Below, one piece after another: positions 22,667-30,200 of a stretch of DNA of 32,000 nt. Numbering within the stretch: the first letter of the stretch is position 1; the number at the start of each line of letters is the position of its first letter. The notes under the pieces are model-generated. The model was not told the origin of the DNA and searched no databases. It saw only the letters and a list, made by a program, of their open reading frames with translations. A program made the translations under genes and the position numbers. Origin of the DNA: an uncultured candidatus Brocadiaceae bacterium (lineage in GTDB: Bacteria; Planctomycetota; Brocadiia; SM23-32); NCBI GenBank assembly GCA_964655775.1, contig CAZZNQ010000005.1, forward strand, positions 11,157 through 43,156, in the 5' to 3' direction.

Positions 22667-25189
22667 ATGCTGTTACGAGACAGGTGGCAGATCGAGTCTT
22701 CCGCTAAGGTGCGCGAAGATGGGGAACGTATTTCGGCGCCCGACTACGATGCAGGCGATTGGGAACCGACGCACGTGCCCACGACGGTGATGGGCGCACT
22801 GCACCGAAACGGCCGCTACCCCGACCTCTTCGTGGGGAAGAACCTGGAGAAAGTCGACCGCAGCCGGTTCGAGGTCCCGTGGTGGTTCAGGACGGAGTTC
22901 GAAGTCGGCGACGAGTCGGCACTTACCCATTCGCGCCTGGAACTCGATGGCGTGAACTACCGGGCGGGGATCTGGCTCAACGGCCGGCGTATCGCCTCGG
23001 ACCAGGAGGTCGCCGGCCCCTTCCGGAGGTTTTCTTTCGACGTGAGTTCCGTGCTTCGGTGCGGACTCAATGCCCTGGCGGCGAAAGTCACCGGACCCGA
23101 GCCGACGGACTACACCATAGGCTTCGTGGACTGGAATCCGATGCCACCCGACCGCAACCTGGGCCTGTGGCGACAGGTCCGGCTGCGTCGGACAGGTCCC
23201 ATTACACTCAGCGAACCGTTTGTGGCCACTGACGTTGACCTCGAGACTCTCGACTCGGCGTCGCTGACCATTGCCGTTGACGTGCAGAACAACACTTCCG
23301 AAGCAGTGGCCGGCTGGCTCCGCGCACGCGTAGCCGATGCCGAAGTCGAGCTTCCGGTGAGCCTTGGACCGCAAGAGACAAAGCGCCTGCGTCTGGACGC
23401 CGAACAGTTCCCCGAACTTCGACTGAGCGAGCCGCACCTGTGGTGGCCCCACGACCTCGGTGAGCCGCACCTGTACTCCCTCGACGTCGAGTTTGAGTCG
23501 GAGGGACGGGTATCCGATCGCCGTTCCGTCCGGTTCGGTGTCCGCTCTGTCTCTGACTATTTCACGGAGGAGGGGCACCGCGGCTTCAGAGTAAACGGAG
23601 AGCCCGTCCTGATCCGAGGCGGCGGGTGGACGGACGACATCTTCCTGGACGACGATGCAGACCGGATCAGAGCCCAGGTGGACTACGTCCGTCACATGAA
23701 CCTGAACACAATCCGCGTGGAGGGATTCTGGGGCAACAGTCCCCTGCTCTACGATCTCTGCGACCAGCGCGGCATCCTGGTGCTGGCCGGATGGAGCTGC
23801 CAATGGGAATGGGAGCACAACCTGGGCAAGCCGTCCGATGAATTCGGGTGCATCCATGCCCCGGAGGATCAGGACCTCATCGCTGAGAGCTGGCGCGACC
23901 AAGTCTGTTGGCTGCGAAACCACCCGAGCATCATCGCGTGGTATCCCGGCAGCGACAAGCTTCCGCCGCCTGAGCTAGAGCGTCGCTACCTGCAGACACT
24001 GAATAAGTGCGACCCAACGCGCATCTACGTCGGTTCGGCCGCGAAGCGCGACAGCGAGGTAAGCGGCCCTTCCGGCATGAAGATGCTGGGCCCGTACGCC
24101 TACGTGCCGCCAGTCTATTGGCATGAAGACACGCACCGGGGTGGCGCCTACGGCTTCAACACCGAGACGGGGCCGGGCGCCCAGCCGTCGCCGTTTAGCA
24201 GTCTCGTCCGGATGATGCCCGAGGACGACCTGTGGCCGCCTGATGAAATGTGGGACTACCACTGCGCCCGAGGCAAGTTCGGGGCCATCGAACGCTACTA
24301 CGATGCGCTCTCCAACCGCTACGGCCGGCCGGAGGGACCCGAGGAGTTCTGCCGGATGGCCCAGATCGCCAGCTACGAGGCGATGCGCGGCATGTTCGAG
24401 GCATTCCGTGCCCGCAGACCGGCAGCGACCGGCGTGGTCCAGTGGATGCTCAACTCGGCGTGGCCGAAGCTCTACTGGCAACTCTACGATTACTACCTGA
24501 TGCCGAACGGTGCCTTCTACGGTGCCCGAAAGGCGTGCCAGCCGCTGCAGCTCATCTATGACTATGCCAACCGGCAAGTGTACGTCGCGAACAGCACGCG
24601 GTCGGCATACGAGGGACTGGAGGCAACCATCCAGGTGACTGACGCTGTGGGGAGCGAAGTCGCCAGGCGACGTGTGCCGCTGTCCGTGGCGCCCAACCGC
24701 TCGGAAGCCGTTGCAGAGCTGCCCGCTTCCGGCTCAGAAGACGCTCTGCGCTTCCTTCGCCTGATCCTGGCCGGAGCAGGCGGAACTCGGATCGCCGAGA
24801 ACGTCTACTGGCTCCCGCGGCGTCGCGACGTAATGGACCACGAGAACGGGAACTGGTTCGTCACGCCGATCAAGGAGTACGCGGACTTGACCGCCCTGAA
24901 GGCCCTTCCGGACGCAGACCTGAACGTACGGTGCGATTGGCAGGAGCAACGGACCGGCACCTCTGTGCGCGTCTCGCTGGCCAACCGGGCAGAGGTGGTC
25001 GCCTTCGGCGTGGAGCTTACGGCCGTTAGCCCGGAGACTGGGGAGCCGATACTGCCGGTCCTCTGGGACGACAACTACATGGCCGTGTTCCCCGGCGAGA
25101 CGGTTGCGATCGCGGGCCGGTTACCGACATGGTGCGGCCCTCGGCCCGAACTAAAGGTGTCAGGCTGGAACGTTCGGCGGCGCTGTTGA
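22667..25189 (+). CDS. Glycoside hydrolase family 2, exo-beta-D-glucosaminidase/beta-mannosidase-like, no signal peptide
   Basis: GH2 sugar-binding N-domain strings (DWEPTHVPTTVMGAL, LELDGVNYRAGIWLNG), Ig-like spacer, and TIM barrel with IRVEGFW, NHPSIIAWYPGSDKLPP and FNTETGPGA. ATG at 22667 (MLLRDRWQIESS). Confidence 0.9.
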   Translation: MLLRDRWQIESSAKVREDGERISAPDYDAGDWEPTHVPTTVMGALHRNGRYPDLFVGKNLEKVDRSRFEVPWWFRTEFEVGDESALTHSRLELDGVNYRAGIWLNGRRIASDQEVAGPFRRFSFDVSSVLRCGLNALAAKVTGPEPTDYTIGFVDWNPMPPDRNLGLWRQVRLRRTGPITLSEPFVATDVDLETLDSASLTIAVDVQNNTSEAVAGWLRARVADAEVELPVSLGPQETKRLRLDAEQFPELRLSEPHLWWPHDLGEPHLYSLDVEFESEGRVSDRRSVRFGVRSVSDYFTEEGHRGFRVNGEPVLIRGGGWTDDIFLDDDADRIRAQVDYVRHMNLNTIRVEGFWGNSPLLYDLCDQRGILVLAGWSCQWEWEHNLGKPSDEFGCIHAPEDQDLIAESWRDQVCWLRNHPSIIAWYPGSDKLPPPELERRYLQTLNKCDPTRIYVGSAAKRDSEVSGPSGMKMLGPYAYVPPVYWHEDTHRGGAYGFNTETGPGAQPSPFSSLVRMMPEDDLWPPDEMWDYHCARGKFGAIERYYDALSNRYGRPEGPEEFCRMAQIASYEAMRGMFEAFRARRPAATGVVQWMLNSAWPKLYWQLYDYYLMPNGAFYGARKACQPLQLIYDYANRQVYVANSTRSAYEGLEATIQVTDAVGSEVARRRVPLSVAPNRSEAVAELPASGSEDALRFLRLILAGAGGTRIAENVYWLPRRRDVMDHENGNWFVTPIKEYADLTALKALPDADLNVRCDWQEQRTGTSVRVSLANRAEVVAFGVELTAVSPETGEPILPVLWDDNYMAVFPGETVAIAGRLPTWCGPRPELKVSGWNVRRRC

Positions 25190-25221
25190 CGTTGCCGGCG
25201 GGCGCCCCGACTCCGGCCGAA

Positions 25222-26934
25222 TCAGGAGTTCGGACCTACGTGGCCACTGTAGATGTGGACCGCCAGCGGCTGGAATTCGTCCGAGAACTTCCCCCCCTGC
25301 ACGGGCACCGAGCGGTCCTCGTAGAGCAGGTCCAGAGAGCCGGTCGGAGCCGGACCGCCCAGCGAGAAGGTCGCCTGCAGCACTTCGCGCGTGGGGTTAA
25401 CCGCGATCACGTAGACGCGGCCTTCATGGTCGCGGCGGCACGCATGGATGCCGCCCTCGCCTCCCGTTGCGCTCACCTCAAGAGCGGCCCCAGCAGCCGG
25501 CGGGCTCAGGATGATCGGTGCCAGCTCAGTGAGCCTACCATTGATCGTTCGCAGCCCCTCCTCCATCTCGGCGGTCAGGTTGTTCCACTCGAACGGGTTG
25601 AAAGCGATCGTGAAGTAGCCGATGCCCTTGGCGCCGTTCGCGATCGCGGACCAGACCTCCGCCGCGGTCTCCTCAGGCGTCGGACCCCGGGTGTCCGCCG
25701 GCGTCCAGGAGAGACGCTGGTCGCTTGCCTCGACGATGGTCCAGACCGGCTGGCCCGGGCGTGCAAGGCGGATTAGCTCGGCCGTTGCATTCCCCACTTC
25801 CGGTAGCCGTTCGGGTTTGTCCCAACCGGTCACCGGATAGTGATCGAAGCTGATGATGTCCGCCAGGTCGGCGAACGTGCGATACCAGGAGGTCTCGATG
25901 CGGCGATATCCGCCATAGAAGCCCGCCCCCACAATGCCCCAGGTCAGGGCGTCGGGATCCCAGTCTCTAACGGCTTCAAACACAGGTCGGATCGTGTCCG
26001 GCTTCCGGCGCGGGTCGGGTTTCCGCTCGACGCGGGGCGGGAACGATTCTCCTGTCGTCAGGTATATCGCGTCCAAGCCGAAGATCGGCTCCGCGCTCGG
26101 TTCCCGATCAGCCCGCCCGCGCGTGCGTCCGGGCTCCGGGCGAACGCTCAGGGAATGTGTGCCCGGCTCCAGATCGACTGTGCCGTAGCGGCACCATCCC
26201 ACGCCCCGCCCCTGCCCCAGGTCCAGCACCTCGTCGGCGGACAGTTCCCGCGGGGTCGTGTGCCACTGCCCGCCGTGGATCCGCCACCCAGTCGGATTTG
26301 CCCAGCGTTTGTTGAACTCGCGCGTCCAGACCGTGTAAGTCCCGGCACGGTCGATTTCGAACTCGTAACGCGCGACGCATTCGTGTTCCTTTCCCTGCTG
26401 CTCTGCCGCGGCCGTGATCCACTGTCCACCGCTGAGTCCGGCAAGCGGTTCCCCCTGGTCAAGCCAGGTGTAGTCCGGGAAGGTGCTCTCGGCCGCGTCC
26501 TCCGCCTCGAGCCAGACATAGTTGGCATCTTCGGGCAGGTCCACCTGATAGCCCGCCTTTGCGGGCAGATCAGGCTCGTGAAACGTCGTCCATGCCAGGA
26601 CGGCCGGATGGTCCTTGAGTTCGTCGGCCTGCCCTTCGCTCCAGTCCGAGAAGTTCAGCAGCGCCATCATCCCGGCTTCGCGGCACTTCTCCGCATAGGC
26701 AAGAGGGCCGCCGGCTGCGCCGACATCGGATGCGTGCACGCCATTCATGCCGAGCGATCTCTGGTACTCGACCAGATTCGCCGGCTGCGCCCAGACGAAT
26801 ATCGGCAGGAACGGCTTGCCGTCAACGAGGACCGCCCCTTCCGGGGTGAGCGTCGCCGGACCGGCCGCTGAAGCACGGGCTGACACTCCCAGCAGGATAA
26901 CTGTCAGGACAAGCAACATAACTCTCCAACGCAT
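25222..26934 (-). CDS. Secreted clan GH-A-like TIM-barrel glycoside hydrolase with nested CBM6/35-like beta-sandwich insert (family unassigned)
   Basis: GGAGAG SD, ATG at 26934, signal peptide MRWRVMLLVLTVILLGVSARASAAG. HEPD (NEP-like acid/base motif), then a later VWTIVEAS (candidate nucleophile strand). Between them is an insert starting YVWLEAEDA, resembling the first strand of CBM6/35 modules. Confidence 0.75.
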   Translation of the reverse strand: MRWRVMLLVLTVILLGVSARASAAGPATLTPEGAVLVDGKPFLPIFVWAQPANLVEYQRSLGMNGVHASDVGAAGGPLAYAEKCREAGMMALLNFSDWSEGQADELKDHPAVLAWTTFHEPDLPAKAGYQVDLPEDANYVWLEAEDAAESTFPDYTWLDQGEPLAGLSGGQWITAAAEQQGKEHECVARYEFEIDRAGTYTVWTREFNKRWANPTGWRIHGGQWHTTPRELSADEVLDLGQGRGVGWCRYGTVDLEPGTHSLSVRPEPGRTRGRADREPSAEPIFGLDAIYLTTGESFPPRVERKPDPRRKPDTIRPVFEAVRDWDPDALTWGIVGAGFYGGYRRIETSWYRTFADLADIISFDHYPVTGWDKPERLPEVGNATAELIRLARPGQPVWTIVEASDQRLSWTPADTRGPTPEETAAEVWSAIANGAKGIGYFTIAFNPFEWNNLTAEMEEGLRTINGRLTELAPIILSPPAAGAALEVSATGGEGGIHACRRDHEGRVYVIAVNPTREVLQATFSLGGPAPTGSLDLLYEDRSVPVQGGKFSDEFQPLAVHIYSGHVGPNS

Positions 26935-26986
26935 CGTCTTCTCTCCGCTCGCAAGATTGATCACATTGTCCCCGATGTCTCCGCCG

Positions 26987-27016
26987 ATTGTACCGGCCTG
27001 CTTGTCGCTCGGTCAA
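26987..27016 (-). promoter_or_regulatory. Candidate sigma70-type promoter for the secreted hydrolase gene (TTGACC-18 nt-TACAAT)
   Basis: Minus-strand TTGACC (27016..27011), an 18-nt spacer, then TACAAT (26992..26987), about 50 nt upstream of the ATG at 26934. Best hexamer pair seen in the window. Confidence 0.5.
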
Positions 27017-27212
27017 CGTCGGCTGCATGCACCAATGCTTCAATCGGCCGCCCTGTTGCGCAGGTGCACCCCTGATTGGCACGCGGCGTTCAGGAGTAGT
27101 ACCGGCGATGCGCTAGCCACGTGAGCAGCTTTGAGCACCGGACGTTCCCCGCTTGCCCCGGAGCCGTGCGGTGCGCCATGGGGCCCGGCTCTCGTCTGGA
27201 AACACAGTGGCA

Positions 27213-27239
27213 GAGAGCCCGGGCACTGCCCGGGCCCTC
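27213..27239 (-). terminator. Candidate intrinsic terminator of the giant repeat-protein gene
   Basis: Minus-strand RNA GAGGGCCCGGGC-AGU-GCCCGGGCUCUC has a 12-bp stem with one G.U pair; on the + strand that position is an A/C mismatch, so the hairpin is strand-specific. It lies about 60 nt past the stop at 27299-27301. The downstream U-tract is weak (UGCCACUGUGUUU). Confidence 0.4.
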
Positions 27240-27298
27240 CAGACCCCTCCACGCGCTGTGCGGTTTCCCAGTCGATGCAGCCTTGACGGGCTGGCCGC

Positions 27299-30200
27299 TC
27301 AGAGCACGTAGGCGTGCACGCCGTCCAGCCACAGACCGGCTGCGTCGAAGATGGTGTACTTGTCGCCCATCTCGTAGAGCTTGAACGTACCGGTATGCGC
27401 GCGTATCTCGTCGTCAGGACCGGTGGTGCTGGAGATGTTGCCGCGCACCTTGACCTTGCCCAGAGTCTGCGCATCCAGGCTTGTATCGGTCCAGTTGCCG
27501 CGCACATCCATCTTGGCGATACCCACGTCCGCGGAGAGCTCGCTGTCGATAGCGCTTCCACCGATCTTGATCTTTGAAGCGCCCACGCTGAAGTCGAACA
27601 TCGAGTCGACCACACTGCCGCCGATCTTGATCTTCGAGGCAACGCCCGCCTCGAGAGTCAGGTTCGCCGCACCGGCCGACGTCTTCAGCTTGGACAGTCC
27701 GTTGGTCGCCTTGATCTGCGCATCGATCAGGCCTCCACCGACGTATGTTCCGGTATCCTTGCGCTTGGCAGTCTTGACGTCGATCTTGCCGATCTCGTCC
27801 GCCTGCACCAAGCCGCTCAGATTGCCACCCTTGATCTTGAACTTGCCAAGGGTGCTTTCGGCAACGATGCTCGAACCGAAGTCGCCTCCCTTCGCGTAGA
27901 CCTTGAGGATGGCACCGGAGCTGTAGATATCGGAATGGATTCCGCCGCCGACCCAAGCGCCCACGGCGTTGTAGTCGGCCTTCGCCTCTATCTTACCGAT
28001 GGTGCTCGCCCACGGATCGGCCAGCGCTGTGACGTCGCCGAGTATATCACCGGCTTTCGCACTAACATCCTCGATTCCGCCGTACGCCATGATATCGCCG
28101 GCGATATGGCCGAACGAGTCGACCTCCTCGATGCCGCCGCCCCAGGCGACGACGTCGCCGAAGAATCCGGCATCGCTCTCAAGCTTGCCAATAGAACGCT
28201 CGGAGACGATGTCGCCCGTATTCCGCATACCGAAGTATGCCTCGCTAATGAATCCGAAGGCATACAGACCGGTCTCATCGTAGGTCAGCCCGTCTTCATC
28301 GATATCGTCAGGCAGCACCCAACCGTCTACGCTAATGAAGCCGTTCAGGTTGGCGCCGCTCAGACCGTTGTCGAACTCGGCCTCACCGATGTGGCCCTGG
28401 ACAGCCAGGAAGGCCACGGGCGCGTTGAACGCCAGATCGCGCGAGTCCTTGAAGTCTCGCAGTCCCGTGAGGCCCGAAACAACGATGCCCAGGTCGCGTG
28501 TCTGCGCGCCGTTGCCCAGCAGCTCGATCTCCCTGATGTAGAACGGGAGGTCCTGCCGCGTGTCAACGAAGATGTCCATCGTTGACGTGCGCTGGTTTCT
28601 GCCCCATGCAATCTCCGGAGCGCTTACGCCGTTGTCCGGGTCCATATCGTAGAACGATACCCAGGTATCACCGATCTGCCTTGAGGCGATCAGCGTGTAG
28701 TTGACTTCCCCGGCCGTGCTGACGACGGGGCTGTAGTCGCTGTCGATGTCCAGCGCACGCACGAAGTAGACCTGGTCCGGGTTGAAGCTCCAGCCGCTGG
28801 TGTCCACTGTGAGCTGCCAGACGCCACCGCCCATGTCGACGCCGCTGCCGAGAAGCTCGTCCACCGCATCGTCAAAGACACCGTCACCGTCCAGGTCACG
28901 CCAGAACTCGACGTCCACCACGCCGCCGAACGGCGCAGGCTCGATGTCCTGCACTCCGTTGACAGTGAGTGTCTGATCCTGGCCGATGGCAACCGGATCC
29001 CATTCCGCCGTCAAAGAACCGTCGATCTCGGGTGCATGGTTGCCCACCTCGCCGATCGTGCTGACCTCGTCCCCGACCGCCGTGTCATCGTCAACAGGCA
29101 CGGCGAAGTAGGTGGTCGGCCCGAGCGGCCACGTAGTGCCGGCAGGCACGACGAGCTGCCACTCGTCCTCGTTGCCGCCGCCGATATCGCCCACGTTGGT
29201 GCCGGTGCCGAGTAGTTCGTCAGTCGCCGTTTCCAGGGTGCCGTTGGCGTTGGAGTCGTAGTAGAAGCGGACCTCCGTAACCACTCCGTCGGTGTCGCTG
29301 GCGTCGATGGCGGTGAGCGTGAGATCTTCGCCTCTGACCACCGGATCCGGGTTGTCCGTTACCCCGGCCAAGGACGGCTCGGTGGTCACCACAACTCCGT
29401 CGGTCTGCACGGACAGGCTCTCTCCACCGTCCACGTCGTAGGCGATGGCGAAGTAGGTCTGGTCTCCTGCCGGCCAACCGGCGGTGCCCACGATGAGGCG
29501 CCACTCGTTGCCGGCACCACCGGAGACGTTGCCGATGTTCTCGCCGACGCCGAGCAACTCGTCGATCAGAGGGTCGAGCACGTCGTCACCGTCCGCATCG
29601 CGGTAGAAGCGGACAAGCGAGACTCCCAGCGCATCCGGGTCAACGACGTCCACTGCGACCAGTGTCAAGTCGTTGCCTTTGAAAACCGGATCCGGGGTGT
29701 CCGTGAGTCCGGCGACGGTCGGACGGAGGTGAACGCGCCCGGTGCCCGTAACGGCCGTGCTCCATGCGCCGTTGTCGTCCTGAGAGCGGGCGAAATAGGT
29801 TACCGTCCCGACTGGGAAGCCGCTGGTGTCCACTCCGGCCAGCTCCCAATCGGTCGCGCCGACCTGCGTCCCGGTTCCCAGAAGGGCATCGCTTGCCAGG
29901 TCGAACGTCCCGTTGCCGTTGGTGTCGCGGTAGAACTCGACTTGAACAACGGTCCCGTCCACGTCATCAACGCCAAGGGCCGTCAAGGTCAGGTCCATTC
30001 CCTGCGCAACCGGATCGGGGTTGTCCGCCAGACTTGCGACGCTGGGCGGGTTGTTCACTCTCACCGTCCCGGAGGTCGCCGGCACCGGTCCCCAGGAGCC
30101 CGAGTTGTCCTGCGCACGGACGAACAACGTCTGCACCTGTGGTTCCCATCCAGTGGTGGCAACCGTCAGAGTCCAGTCATCGTCCGCCCCGCCGGCGATG

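Noticed and set aside
25207-25233. Imperfect hairpin CCGACTCC-N10-GGAGTTCGG between the convergent GH2 and secreted-hydrolase genes, considered as a bidirectional terminator
   Set aside because: The stem has a bulge, overlaps the minus-gene stop codon and has no flanking T/A tracts. Too weak to call.
19520-26871. Long antisense ORFs in the glycan cluster (19520..20713 -, 22673..23923 -, 23975..24577 -, 25840..26871 +)
   Set aside because: Each lies wholly within a gene that has recognisable domain motifs on the other strand. Their composition is Arg/Gly/Pro/Val-biased.
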